Assembly (NCBI GenBank): GCA_963779415.1
Contig: CAVZYA010000001.1
Location: 544,001 to 608,000, forward strand
Origin: an uncultured Acidobacteriota bacterium
GTDB lineage: Bacteria > Acidobacteriota > Thermoanaerobaculia > UBA5066
Direction: 5' to 3'
Length of the DNA: 64,000 nucleotides
In this document: one piece after another, positions 17,256 to 28,092 of the stretch
Layout of the letters: every line of letters begins with the position of its first letter
Position numbering within the stretch: position 1 is the stretch's first letter
The notes under the pieces: generated by a model
Seen by the model: the letters and a program-made list of their open reading frames with translations, nothing else
The model's database searches: none
What the model was told of the DNA's origin: nothing
Program-made: the position numbers and the translations under genes

Positions 17256-19126
17256 CGACGCTTGCTCGCCGGCAGGCCCTCTTGCGCGCCGGGCTGTTCG
17301 ACGAACATTCCGAGCGAAATCGCGATCATCGACCGGACGCTGCGGCTCGTCGACAACAACCGCGCCTGCGTCGAGCAGCACGGCGAGGGGCTCGGAGCAG
17401 CCGTGCTATCGAGTCCTCAGGGGCCGGAACACGCCCTGCAGGGACTGCCCGGCGCCCCGAGTCTTCGCCGAGGGCCGGCCCTCTGTGCTGGAGACGACCG
17501 GGCGCGACAAACAGGCCCGGGCGTTCCCACCTCCTGCTGCAGCTCATCCCGCTCCGCGGGCGCGAAAGGCGACGTGACCCACCTCGCGGAGCTCGCCATC
17601 GACCTGACGGCATCGAGACAGCTCCAGAGCGAATACCAGACGCTCTTCGAGAAAGTGCCGTGCTACGTCTGCGTTCTGAACCGGGACTTCCGGGTCGTCA
17701 AGGCGAACGAGCGGTTCCGTGAGGTCTTCGGGGTCGCGGCCGGAGAGCCCTGCCACATGGTCTACAAGCGGCGGCCGATGAAATGCACGAACTGCGCCGC
17801 GGAGAAGGTCTTTGCCGACGGCGTCCTGCGCACGGCGCACCATGCCGGCGTCACCCGTGAGGGGAAGGCCGCCTACTACATCGTGAGCACCGCGCCTCTG
17901 CTCCACTCGGGAAACGAGGTCACACACGTCATCCAGATGGCCCTGGACGTGACCGAGCTGCGCGCCTTGAGGCAGGAGCTGGATCAGGCGAGCCGCCTTC
18001 GCGAGGCGCTCGTGGAGACCTCGCCGGAGGCCATCGTCGTCCTGGACAACGCCGGGAAGGTCCTGATCTTCAACCGCGCCGCCGAGGCGCTCTGGGGCGT
18101 GGCGCGCCAACGCGTGGTCGGCCACGTCTGGCGCTCCGCGTTCCTGGAGGCCTCGGTGGTCGATCTCTATCGCGGCCGTCAGGAGCGCCTCGAGCTCGAG
18201 GAGACGCTGGCCGCGCCCCGGCAGGGCGAGCCGATCCCGGTGCTCGCGTCGGGCGTGACGTCTGCGGGATGAGGACGGGGGCGTCGCTGGGGCGGCCCTG
18301 CTGCTGCACGACCTTCGGGCGCGAAAGCAGCTCGAGAAGGAGAAGCTGGAGGCCGAGCGCCTGGCCGCCGTGGGCCAGACGGTCGCCGGGCTGGCCCACG
18401 GCATCAAGAACATTCTCACCGGTCTCGAGGGCGGAATGTACGTGACCTCCACGGGCCTCGAACGGCACGACGACGCCCGCATCCGCCAGGGCTGGGGGAT
18501 GCTGGAGCGCAACATCGGCAGGATCTCCACGCCTCGCCCGCAACCTGCTGGAGTTCTCGCGCGGCGAGGAGCCGCACCCGGAGATGGTGGATCCGGCGGC
18601 CCTCGTGGCCGAGGTCGCCGACCTCTATCGCGACAGCGCCCGCCAGCACGGCGTCGAGATCGTGGTCGAGGCGAACGGGCCCGTGCGGCCCGCCTCGCTC
18701 GACCACAAGGGCGTGGCGAGCTGCCTGGAGAACCTGGTCTCCAACGCCCTCGACGCCTGCCTCGTCAGCCGCCGCCCCTCGCCCCGGATCACGCTTCGCG
18801 CCATGGATCACGGTGATAACCTCGAGTTCGAAGTCGCCGACACCGGGTGCGGCATGGACTACGAGGTCAAGCAGAAGGTCTTCACGAGCTTCTTCTCCAC
18901 GAAGGGCGCCGGGGGGACGGGGATCGGCCTGCTCCTGACGCGGAAGATCGTCCAGCAGCACGGCGGCGCCATCACGTTCGAGACGACGCCGGAGACGGGG
19001 ACCACGTTCCGGCTGACGTTCCCCCGGGAGCGCCTGCCACGACCGGCGGCGGGGGCAACGGGGCCCCGGAAGGCAGTTCCCGCCGAGAGCGGCGCCGGGG
19101 CGGTCCCCGAGGCCAGGAAGGAGTGA
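17252..19126 (+). CDS. Cytoplasmic triple-PAS histidine kinase; six +1 frameshifts
   Basis: Reassembled from ORF fragments: Cys-motif PAS domains, ERLAAVGQTVAGLAHGIKN (H-box), NLVSNA, DTGCG, FFSTK, GTGIGL. Breaks near 17303, 17396, 17527, 17559, 18261, 18532. Confidence 0.75.
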
Positions 19127-19129
19127 TCG

Positions 19130-19677
19130 ATGCGTCAGGCAACCGAGGTGACGGTACTGGTGGTGGACGACGACCCGGACGTCACGACCTTCCTCGGGAC
19201 GATCCTCGGCGACGCGGGGATGCATGTGGTCACCGCGCACGACGGCCAGGAGGCTCTGGACCGGCTGCACGAGTTCACGCCGGACCTCATCTCCCTCGAC
19301 CTCGTGATGCCGGGCAAGTCCGGCGTGCGGCTCCTGCACGACCTGCGCAAGCATCCGAGCTGGCAGCGGATCCCGGTGATCATCGTCACCGGTCACGCGC
19401 GGGACGAAAAGATACGGAGGGATCTCGACCAGGTGCTGGCGGAGAGCGCCATCTCGGGTCCGTCCGTCTATCTGGAGAAGCCGGTCACGGCGCGGGCCTA
19501 TCTGGAGACAGGTCTGCCGGGTCGTCGGTGTGACGCCGCCCGGGCGGGGGACCGGCCCCCGGGCCGGACCGGCTGAAACACGAACTCGCCGAGCTGCTCG
19601 CCGGGGCCGACGAGGAGAGCCTGGCGCGGGCGATCGAGACTCTCAAGGCCGGGCGGCCGGTCAAGACGCCAGCCTAG
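19130..19677 (+). CDS. Response regulator receiver with short C-terminal extension; frameshifts near 19511 and 19560
   Basis: LVVDDD, LDLVMPGKSG, IVTG, YLEKP; tail LKHELAELLAGADEESLARAIE in a shifted frame ending TAG 19677. Confidence 0.7.
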
Positions 19678-19697
19678 GCGCGGAAGGGGAAGACGTC

Positions 19698-20094
19698 ATG
19701 GAAAAGCCGGGACGGATCCTCGTCATCGACGACGATGCGGACATCGTCGCCTACCTCGGAACGATCCTTCGGGACCACGGCTACGAAGTCCTCTCCGCCA
19801 CCGACGGCGCTGCGGGTCTCGAGCTGGCCCGCCGCGAGCGCCCCGACCTGATCTGCCTGGACATCGCCATGCCGCCGCCGACGGGCGTCCGCGTCTACCG
19901 CGATCTGCGGGACGATCCCGGCCCTGAAGGGGATCCCGGTGGTGATGGTGACCGGCGTCATGCCGCAGTTCAAGGAGTTCATCCATCACCGCAAGAAGGT
20001 CCCGCCCCCGGACGGCTACATCCAGAAGCCGTTCGAACCCGCGGACGTGATCGCCACTCTCGGAAAGCTCCTGGCGCCGGCCGCGCGCGCCTGA
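19698..20094 (+). CDS. Single-domain response regulator; +1 frameshift near 19921
   Basis: ILVIDDD, LDIAMP, then shifted LKGIPVVMVTG...YIQKPF ending TGA 20094. Confidence 0.75.
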
Positions 20095-20097
20095 CGG

Positions 20098-21543
20098 TTA
20101 CGTCGCCAGGTGGATCCGCTTCGTGTAGGCCATCTCCTCGATCTTGTCGGTCGAGCCGTAGAGGCCGCTGTCGCGGATGCCGCCGATGGGTAGCGTGTAG
20201 TCGCTGTAGAGAGGCCCCTCGTTGATCATGACCCGCCCGGCCGCGAGGTCCCGTCCGATCGCCGCCGCCTGCTCCCGCTCCCCGAAGATGCTGGCTCCGA
20301 GGCCGTAGGTCCCGTCGTTGGCGAGTGCCACCGCCTCGTCGACCGTATCGAAGACGACGAAGGAGCGGACGGGCGCGAAGGCCTCCTCGGTCCAGAGGAA
20401 GGGCTTCTCGTCATCGGGTTTTCCGAGAAGCTCCCCTTTCTCGAACTCGATCAGCGTCGGGTAGAAGAAGGGTCCGTCGGCCTTCCCTCCGATCAGGAGG
20501 CGGCCCCCCCGTTCCAGCGCCTCCTGGACCTGGTACGTCGCGATGTCCAGGCTCTCGTGCTTCCCGATCGGGCCGATGTCCGTCTCCTCGAGTCGGGGAT
20601 CGCCCATCTTGAGCCGGCCGATTCCCTCGATGAGGCGCTCGCGGAACGCCGAGGCGACGGGGCGCTGGACGAGGAACCGCTTGGCGGCGATGCAGAGCTG
20701 GCCGCTGTGCGCAAACCCGCCGAGGAGGCCGGCGGCCGCGGCCTGTGGCAGGTCGGCGCTCGCGAGGACGATGAACGGGTCGTTTCCCGCGAGTTCGGGA
20801 ACGTACTTCTTCATCCGGCCGCCGACGTGGAGCATGCACTCGCCGAGCGTCTTCTTCGTCCGTTCGAGATAAGACCCCATCTTGATCAGGTTGTCCTTCC
20901 CGACGGGGCTGGACGCATAGTGGACGAGGACGTCGACCTCGGGGTTCTCGATGAACTCCCACGCGGCGTCCTCGCCGGGGCAAGTGGAGACCTGCGCGCC
21001 GTCCGCCGGGCAGCCCGCCTCGACGACGATCTGGACGATTCGCTGGCAGATCAGGGGAACGAGGCTGGAGGGCTTCTCGATGACGGCGTTCCCGGCCCCG
21101 AGCGCGGCCAGCATCGTGTAGAGCGGGACGACGAGGGGCGTGTTCCGCGGCGGGAGGACGCCAACGACGCCGTACGGCTCGCGGTAGAGGATGTTCCTTC
21201 CCTTGGCCGCGTGAAGCTCCCTCGGTTTGAGCAGCTCGAGACGCCGCTCGAGGTTCGCGGCGCTGGCGATGGCCCGCTCCATCTCCCACCGCGCGAATTT
21301 TCGCGGCTGGCCCCCTTCACGAACCATCAGCTCCTCGAACTCGGCCCGCCTCGCCTCGAGCCGCGCCGCCACGCGGCGCCCCAGCCCGGCCCGCTCCTCG
21401 AAGGTCGTCTTTCGGACGGATTCCTTGGCCAGAAACGCCTTGTGGATCCTGGCGCGCAGGTCCCGGCGCGTGTCCACCGCCACCTCGCCGATCACCTCGC
21501 CCGAGAACTTGTCGCGGATCTCCGTCCTTCTGAGGCTGAGCAT
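20098..21543 (-). CDS. Aldehyde dehydrogenase family protein (divergent)
   Basis: REPYGVVG, KPS, ELAGND (catalytic Glu), GQLC (catalytic Cys), EEAFAPV, YGL. Confidence 0.9.
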   Translation of the reverse strand: MLSLRRTEIRDKFSGEVIGEVAVDTRRDLRARIHKAFLAKESVRKTTFEERAGLGRRVAARLEARRAEFEELMVREGGQPRKFARWEMERAIASAANLERRLELLKPRELHAAKGRNILYREPYGVVGVLPPRNTPLVVPLYTMLAALGAGNAVIEKPSSLVPLICQRIVQIVVEAGCPADGAQVSTCPGEDAAWEFIENPEVDVLVHYASSPVGKDNLIKMGSYLERTKKTLGECMLHVGGRMKKYVPELAGNDPFIVLASADLPQAAAAGLLGGFAHSGQLCIAAKRFLVQRPVASAFRERLIEGIGRLKMGDPRLEETDIGPIGKHESLDIATYQVQEALERGGRLLIGGKADGPFFYPTLIEFEKGELLGKPDDEKPFLWTEEAFAPVRSFVVFDTVDEAVALANDGTYGLGASIFGEREQAAAIGRDLAAGRVMINEGPLYSDYTLPIGGIRDSGLYGSTDKIEEMAYTKRIHLAT

Positions 21544-21590
21544 CTCTTCGCGATGCTAGCACCGGCCTCCGACGACGATTTCCTCGGAAC

Positions 21591-21606
21591 TGTGAAAGGT
21601 TTCACG
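21591..21606. promoter_or_regulatory. CRP/Rex-like palindrome TGTGAAAGGTTTCACG
   Basis: 9/10 match to TGTGA-N6-TCACA and close to Rex TTGTGAA-N4-TTCACAA; divergent ALDH/MFS intergenic region. Confidence 0.6.
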
Positions 21607-21672
21607 GATAAACGGGGAGCTTCGGCCTATCCATGGAGGGTCAGGCGGGGAGAGTGCGGGACGCTGCGGTTT

Positions 21673-21688
21673 GGTGAGACGTTTCACA
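21673..21688. promoter_or_regulatory. Second CRP/Rex-like palindrome GGTGAGACGTTTCACA
   Basis: 9/10 match to TGTGA-N6-TCACA, 37 bp upstream of the MFS ATG. Confidence 0.55.
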
Positions 21689-21725
21689 ACAACAACCGTG
21701 CAACCGGCATAGTGGAGAGAAAACC

Positions 21726-22985
21726 ATGGAAGAGAAAACGCTCAGTCGCTCCTGGCGCATCGTCGGGGGCCTCTTCATGAACCTGGCGCTCGGCTCTCTG
21801 TATGCCTGGAGCGTCTTCGTCGCGCCCCTGGAGAAGGAATTCGGGTGGAAGCGGGCGGACACGTCCCTCGTCTTCACCTGGGCCGTCGTCGTCTTCGCGA
21901 TCGCCTTCATTCTCGCGGGGCGGCTGCAGGACAAGCTCGGGCCCTTCAGGATCTCTCTCACCGGCTGCATCCTCCTGACGGCGGGTTTCATCCTCTGCAT
22001 GTGGACCAGCAGCCTGACCTATTTGATCATCTGCTTCGGCGTCCTCGTCGGCATCGGGAATGGCTTCGGCTACGCGACGCCGATTCCCGTCATGGCGAAG
22101 TGGTTCCCGGACAAGCGAGGCCTCGCCGTCGGACTGGCCGTGGCCGGCTACGGGGGCGGCTCGGCCATCTTCGGACCGCTCGCGAATCTCTGGCTCATCC
22201 CGGCGTTCGGGTGGCGCAGCACCTTCGTCATCCTCGGAGCGATCTTCTTCGTCATGACGCTCATCGGCTCTTTCCTGCTGAAGAACCCTCCGGTGGGCTA
22301 CCGGCCGCCGGGATGGACGCCCGCCGCCGCGGCCAGGACGACGGCCACGGCCTACGAGTTCTCTCCCGGTGAGATGTGGCGCACCCCGGCGGCGTATTTC
22401 ATGTGGATCGCGTACGCGCTGGGCACGTCGGCCGGTCTCATGGTCATAAGCCAGCTCGTCCCCTTCGCCAACAGCATGAAAATCCCGAGCGAGGCGCTGG
22501 CGGCGATCACGCTCGTCATCGGCGCGGCGGGGAACGCCTCGGGCCGGATCTTCTCGGGGTGGATGTCCGACGCACTCGGACGCCTCAATGTCCTGCGCCT
22601 CATGATCGGCATCTCCGCGGTCGCCATGCCGGTCCTCTACCTTACCGGCGGCAACGTGGGGCTGCTCTACGTCATGGTCTTCGTCGTCTACTGGTGCTAC
22701 GGCACGCAGCTTTCGGTGAACGCGTCCACGACGTCCGATTTCTGGGGGACGAAGAACGCCGGGATCAACTACGGCATCCTGTTCACCGCCTGGGGCGTGG
22801 CCGGCATCCTGGGACCCCGGATCGGCGGCGCGTTGTTCGACAAGTACAAGAACTACGAAGCGGCTTTCTTCGTCGCGGCGGGCCTTGCCGTCGTGGCCCT
22901 CCTCTTCGAGCTTCTGGCGAGACGCCCCGCCGCGCCGGTGCAGACCGGCGTGGAGGCGCGACTCGCCGCCGGGGTCAAGGCCTGA
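21726..22985 (+). CDS. MFS transporter, oxalate/formate antiporter (OFA) family
   Basis: About 12 TM; LGSLYAWSVF, GRLQDKLGP, KWFPDKRGLAVG, GTKNAGINYG. Confidence 0.9.
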   Translation: MEEKTLSRSWRIVGGLFMNLALGSLYAWSVFVAPLEKEFGWKRADTSLVFTWAVVVFAIAFILAGRLQDKLGPFRISLTGCILLTAGFILCMWTSSLTYLIICFGVLVGIGNGFGYATPIPVMAKWFPDKRGLAVGLAVAGYGGGSAIFGPLANLWLIPAFGWRSTFVILGAIFFVMTLIGSFLLKNPPVGYRPPGWTPAAAARTTATAYEFSPGEMWRTPAAYFMWIAYALGTSAGLMVISQLVPFANSMKIPSEALAAITLVIGAAGNASGRIFSGWMSDALGRLNVLRLMIGISAVAMPVLYLTGGNVGLLYVMVFVVYWCYGTQLSVNASTTSDFWGTKNAGINYGILFTAWGVAGILGPRIGGALFDKYKNYEAAFFVAAGLAVVALLFELLARRPAAPVQTGVEARLAAGVKA

Positions 22986-23120
22986 TGGAGATCCTGCGGC
23001 TGTCGCCCGGGCCGTAGCCGATCCCGGTGAATCTCCGGACCTCCGCCAAGGTCTGCCGGGCGAAGGCGAGGGCCCGGGCGGCACCTTCTCGGCGTACCGG
23101 ATCGCTTCGAAGGGCTCCTT

Positions 23121-23981
23121 CTAGGAAGAAAAGAGAGCGGCGGCGTTTTCGAAGAGGATCTTCCGCTTCACATCGGCCGGAAGCGGGAGCGAGAGAAACT
23201 CCTCCACGTTCCGGCGCATCGACCGGACCCCCATCGAGGGCCAGTCCGTGCCCCACAGGACCCGGTCGGCAACGTCGCCGAGCCTCGGGAGGACGTCGAG
23301 AAGCCTCCTCGGCGGGATCCCCGAGACGTCGAGCCGGACGTTCGGATGCCGGCGGACCAGAAAGAAGGCCGTGTCATACCAGAGCGGCCGGCCCGCGTGA
23401 CAGAGGACGAGGGTCGTCCCGGGAAAGTCGACCGCCACGTCGTCGCACGGCATCGGGTCGGCGTGGACGTTCCGGGCTCCGGGGAATATGGACGTCCCGG
23501 TATGGATCAGGACGGGCCGCCTCGCTTCGCCGGCCAGCCGGTAGACCTCGGCGAGGGAGGGGCAATCGGTCCTGTAGGCGTTCGCCGCCAGCTCCATGTG
23601 CGGGGGGTGGATCTTGATCGCGCCGACGCGGTGGACGTCGAGGAGCCTCTTCATCTCCCCGGCGACGTCGCGCGTGTGCCGAGGATGGATTCCGCCGACC
23701 GGGACGAGACGGTCGCGGTGTCCCGCGACGTATCGGGCGATCCAGGGGTTCACGCTCGCCGTGAGGCCCATGACCTCGGGCGAGACGGAGGTGATCAGCG
23801 CGGCCCGGGCGATTCCCTCGGCGTCCATCGCCTTGAGAAGCTCGTCGGCCGACTCGCCCACCCGCGCGACGAGGTCGAGGTCTTCCCGTCCCTCCGTCAT
23901 CGCCCGCCGGGCCCCTTCCTTGAGCTGGTCGTTCGGGCCGACGTGGATGTGGGCGTCGAAAACCGGGAATGACGGCGACAC
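23121..23981 (-). CDS. Amidohydrolase_2-type metal-dependent TIM-barrel protein
   Basis: DAHIH, KIHP, IHTG, CHAG, WGTDWP. Confidence 0.85.
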   Translation of the reverse strand: MSPSFPVFDAHIHVGPNDQLKEGARRAMTEGREDLDLVARVGESADELLKAMDAEGIARAALITSVSPEVMGLTASVNPWIARYVAGHRDRLVPVGGIHPRHTRDVAGEMKRLLDVHRVGAIKIHPPHMELAANAYRTDCPSLAEVYRLAGEARRPVLIHTGTSIFPGARNVHADPMPCDDVAVDFPGTTLVLCHAGRPLWYDTAFFLVRRHPNVRLDVSGIPPRRLLDVLPRLGDVADRVLWGTDWPSMGVRSMRRNVEEFLSLPLPADVKRKILFENAAALFSS

Positions 23982-24066
23982 CCGCGGGATAATAACGAAG
24001 CCCGGCCGTCGCTCCTTCGGTGCTAAGCTGAAGGGGACGGGGGGAAAGGGGACGACTTCCGCGCCG

Positions 24067-26872
24067 ATGCGAACCCTCTTCCTGCCGCCGACCTACCAGG
24101 ACTCCGCGGAATCGGGTCGGCTCATCCTGCGCGACGGATCGACGGCATTCATCCGCCCGGCAGAGCCGTCGGACTTCGAAGAGCTGCGGGAGTTCTTTCG
24201 CCAGCTCTCGCCCGAGTCGAAGCGCCGCCGCTTCTTCTCCATCGCCGACCCGGCGAAGGCGCTCCTCGAACGGCAGTGCGATTCCTCCAATCCCCGCGTC
24301 CAGCTGACTCTGATCGTCATCCGGATCGTGAGCGGCGCCTCGCGGATCATCGCGACCGCCTCCTACGTCGCGCGGGACGAGACGAGCGCCGAGGTCGCCT
24401 TCGCGGTCGACGACGAGTTCCAGGGACGAGGCCTCGGAGGCCTCCTTCTCGAGCGCCTGGCCCTCATCGCCGCCCGGTACGGCTTTGTCCGCTTCTGGGC
24501 CGTGACGCGTCTCGAGAACGCCCTGATGCTCGACACGTTCCGCCGCTCGGGCTTCCCGCTCCACACGAAGGTCGAGGACGAGTGTGTCGAGATCGACTTC
24601 TCCGTCGCCCAGAGCGAGGACAGCGTCAGTCACTCGGAGTCGCGGGACCGTCTCTTCACCACGGCCTCGCTCCACCCCCTGTTCCGTCCCCGCGCCGTCG
24701 CCCTCATCGGCGCCTCACGCGACGTCTCCAGCATCGGCTGGCGCATCCTCGACGGGCTCGTTCAGAGCGGCTTTCACGGCCCGGTCTACGCGGTGAACCC
24801 GAATGCGACGCACGTCCACTCGCTGCCGGCCTACTCTTCGGCCCGCGAGATCCCGAAGGGGACCGATCTCGCCATCGTGGCGATCCCGCGCGAGGGCGTG
24901 CTGGATGCCGTGGACGATTGCGCCGCCGCCGGCGTCCGCGCCCTCGTCGTCGTCACGGTCGGCTTTCTGGACAGCTATTCCGGAGGACGTGACCTGCAGG
25001 AGAAGCTCCTCGAGAGGGTTCGCGGCCACGGGATGCGCCTCGTCGGTCCCAACTCGATGGGCGTCGTCAACACCGATCCGGAGATCCGGCTCAACGCCTC
25101 GGTCTCCCCCGTCCTGCCTCCACGCGGGAGCGTGGCGATGTCGTCCCAGAGCGGCGTCCTCGGCATGGCGATGCTGGCTCTCGCGCGGCAGCGCCATGTC
25201 GGCGTCTCGACCTTCATCAGCGTCGGCAACAAGGCCGACATCTCCGGCAACGACCTTCTGCAGTACTGGCAGGGGGACGATGCGACACGCGTCATCCTTC
25301 TCTATCTGGAGTCCTTCGGAAATCCGCGCCGCTTCGCCCGGATCGCGCGGGTCGTGAGCCGGGAAAAGCCGATCGTCGTCGTGAAGGCGGGACCGGCCCC
25401 GGAGCCCGCCCGATCCGCCGCCGCGACGCTCGTCGCGGGCGAAGCCGTCGTGAACGCGCTCTTCCGTCAGACGGGGGTCATCCGGGCCGACACGCTGGAC
25501 GAGATGTTCGACCTCGCGGCCGCTCTCGACCGGCAGCCTCTTCCGGCAGGGCGCCGCGTCGCGATCCTCTCGGACGGGAGCGGTCCCGGCATCCTCTGCG
25601 CGGGCGCCTGCGAGGCGGCCCGTCTGACCGTGCCGCCGCTCTCGGAGACGACGGCGGAGCGGCTCGCGACTTTCCTCCCCTCCGGCACGCCGATCGGCAA
25701 CCCCCTGGAGCTCGTCTTCTCGCCGACTCCGGAGCCGTACCGGCAAGCCCTCGAGACGCTCCTCAAGGCTCCCGAAGTGGACGCCCTCATCGCGATTCAC
25801 ACGCCGCTCGACGAGAGCGGTTCGGAGGCCATGGTGGAGGCGATCCGGCAGGGAGCCGCGGCGGCGCGCGCCTCGGGAGGCGACGGCAAGCCGGTCCTCG
25901 CGTGCCTCCTCGCGAAGGAGGACGCCGGTGCGCCGGTGGTTCTCGGAGAGTCGAGCATTCCGACGTATGCGTTTCCGGAGTCGGCCGCGCGGGTTCTCGG
26001 GAAGGTGGCCGCTTACGCGGAGTGGCGCGCCGGCTCCGCACGGGGTCATTCCCGACTTCGACGACATCGACCCGGCGGCCGCCCGTTCGATCTGCCGGAA
26101 AGCGATCGAGGAGCGCGGAGCCGGACCTCTCACTTCGGACGAGGCGAGGGCGGTCCTTCAGGCCATGCACCTTCCCGTCGCTCCGGGCGGGGTCGCCCGG
26201 ACGCCCGACGAGGCCGTGGCGCTCGCCCGGGGAATCGGATTTCCCGTCGCCGTCAAGCTCGCTTCTCCCCGGATCCGCCAGAAGACCGAGAAGGGAGCCG
26301 TTCACCTGAACGTGGAGGAGGAGATCGGGGTCCGGCTGGCTTTCGGGGCGATCCGAAAGACGAGGGAAGCGGATCACAACCCGGAGGCGATGGAGGGAGT
26401 GCTGGTCCAGCCGATGGCCGGAACCGACGTCGAGGTGATGGTGAGAGTCGTGGAGGACCCTCTCTTCGGGCCTCTCGTCGTCTTCGGTCTGGGCGGGATC
26501 CACGTCGAGGTGATCGCCGATGCGGGTCTGCGCGTGACGCCGCTGACCGATCGCGCCGCCCAGGCGATGGTCCGGGAGATCCGGGGTTATTCCCTCCTCG
26601 AGGGGTACCGGGGGCATCCTCCCGCCGACGTTTCGGCCATCCACGACGTCCTTCTGCGCGTCTCTCGCCTCGTCGAAGAGGTCCCCGACATCTCGGAGGT
26701 CGATCTGAGCCCGATCTTCGTCGGGCCCCCCGGCGGAGGGTGCTACATCTTCGACTCGCGAATCGACGTGGCTCTCCCCCGGAAGGACCGGGCGGCCCGC
26801 TACACCGTTCCCCCCCTTCCCGTCGTCCGCAAGGAAGCGGTCGCCATCTCCCCCGCCGAGGCGCCGAGGTAG
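24067..26872 (+). CDS. pat: Pat-type protein lysine acetyltransferase (N-terminal GNAT + inactive ACD-like domains); +1 frameshift near 26032
   Basis: LRDGS..IRP, LSPES..RRFF, AEVAFAV.D.FQGRGLG; ACD scaffold lacking both His (no SHT; QKTE instead of HKSD); C-terminus in ORF 25928..26872. Confidence 0.85.
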
Positions 26873-26884
26873 CGAGGAGCTTTC

Positions 26885-27331
26885 ATGACCGATTTCCCTG
26901 ACCACGACTGGCTCTGCCGGAGAATCGTCGAAGACTCCCCGGTGGCGATTCTTTTTGCCGACCGGGAAGGAACGATCCGCCTCTGGAACGCGGGGGCCGA
27001 GGCGATGTTCGGCTACCTGGCAGACGAGGCGCTCGGCCAGTCGATGGACCTGATCATCCCAGAGCGCCAGAGGCCCCGGCACTGGGAAGGCTGGAAGAAG
27101 GTGATGGCGACCGGAGTCACGCGGTACGGCCGCGAGGTGCTGGCGGTTCCGGCCATGCGAAAGGACGGCTCGCGAATCTCCATCGAGTTCAATATCCTCC
27201 TGCTGCGGACGGGCGACGGCGGGATCCCGGGCGCGGCCGCCCTGATTCAGGACGTGACGGCCCGGTGGCAGCGAGAGAAAGAGATGAAGGCGCGCCTCGC
27301 GGCCCTCGAAGCCGGGGCGCGGGAGGGCTGA
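26885..27331 (+). CDS. Stand-alone PAS domain protein
   Basis: WNAGAEAMFGY..EALGQS.DLIIP, RKDGSRI; C-terminal coiled coil. Confidence 0.85.
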   Translation: MTDFPDHDWLCRRIVEDSPVAILFADREGTIRLWNAGAEAMFGYLADEALGQSMDLIIPERQRPRHWEGWKKVMATGVTRYGREVLAVPAMRKDGSRISIEFNILLLRTGDGGIPGAAALIQDVTARWQREKEMKARLAALEAGAREG

Positions 27332-27332
27332 G

Positions 27333-28070
27333 ATGGATTTTCGGCGGGTGAACGATCTGAAGGCGCCGGACGGCCATGACATTCCGGCCTTTCTTCTCGC
27401 GCCAGCCTCGCCGCGCGGCGGCGCCGTCGTCTGTCACGGCTACGGGGGGTCGAAGGAGCAGATGCTCGGAATCGCGACGAGCATCGCCGAGAAGGGCGCC
27501 GCCGCGCTCGCGATCGACCTCTGCGGACACGGCGAGAACAGGGCGCCGATCGGCCCGGCCATGCGCGAAGAGCTGGAGGCGGCCGTCGCCTTCGCCCGGC
27601 GGTTCGGCCGGACGGGCGCCATCGGCCACAGCCTGGGGGGAAGGCTGGCGCTCATGTCGTCGGCGGACGTCATGGTGGCGATGTCGCCGTCCGTCATGGT
27701 GCAAATGTCTCCCCAAGGGAAGTGGATGTTCGAGAACCTCCCGAGCCCCGGCGTCCGCGAGCCCTATTCCGGCTACGTCCTCGAGCTGCTGGAGAAGCTG
27801 GGACCGGTTCCGCCGCACGGGCGCCCCTGCCTTCTCCTCTACTCCGAAAGGGACATCCAGGGGCTTCTGGACGGCGCGGCGGGCCTCCTCTCCCAGCTCT
27901 CCGGTGCCGAGAAGCAGCTCGTCACCCAGGACATCCGTCCCGACGTGCAGCACGAGAGCGGCCTGGTCCGGTACCTGCCGCGCTGGTTCAACCACATCGA
28001 GCTCAAGTCCAACGCTTCGGCTTCCGCCACGGCGGGCTCCTGGCTCGCCGGTCGCCTCGCCGGAGCCTGA
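27333..28070 (+). CDS. Alpha/beta hydrolase
   Basis: HGYGG, D..GHG, nucleophile elbow GHSLG. Confidence 0.8.
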   Translation: MDFRRVNDLKAPDGHDIPAFLLAPASPRGGAVVCHGYGGSKEQMLGIATSIAEKGAAALAIDLCGHGENRAPIGPAMREELEAAVAFARRFGRTGAIGHSLGGRLALMSSADVMVAMSPSVMVQMSPQGKWMFENLPSPGVREPYSGYVLELLEKLGPVPPHGRPCLLLYSERDIQGLLDGAAGLLSQLSGAEKQLVTQDIRPDVQHESGLVRYLPRWFNHIELKSNASASATAGSWLAGRLAGA

Positions 28071-28092
28071 GGGGCTCGGAAAGGTGCACGGA

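Noticed and set aside
14813-17722. 969-aa NrfD-cytochrome-receiver-PAS mega-fusion
   Set aside because: Artefact of +1 frameshifts; repairing them restores stops with ATGA overlaps at 16829-16832 and 17252-17255.
16829-20094. Pseudogene island or programmed frameshifting
   Set aside because: All breaks are +1, no nonsense codons, motifs intact, no common slippery site; sequencing error is more parsimonious (needs a read check).
23596-24066. N-terminal extension of the Pat ORF
   Set aside because: Overlaps the amidohydrolase antisense; GNAT similarity begins after ATG 24067.
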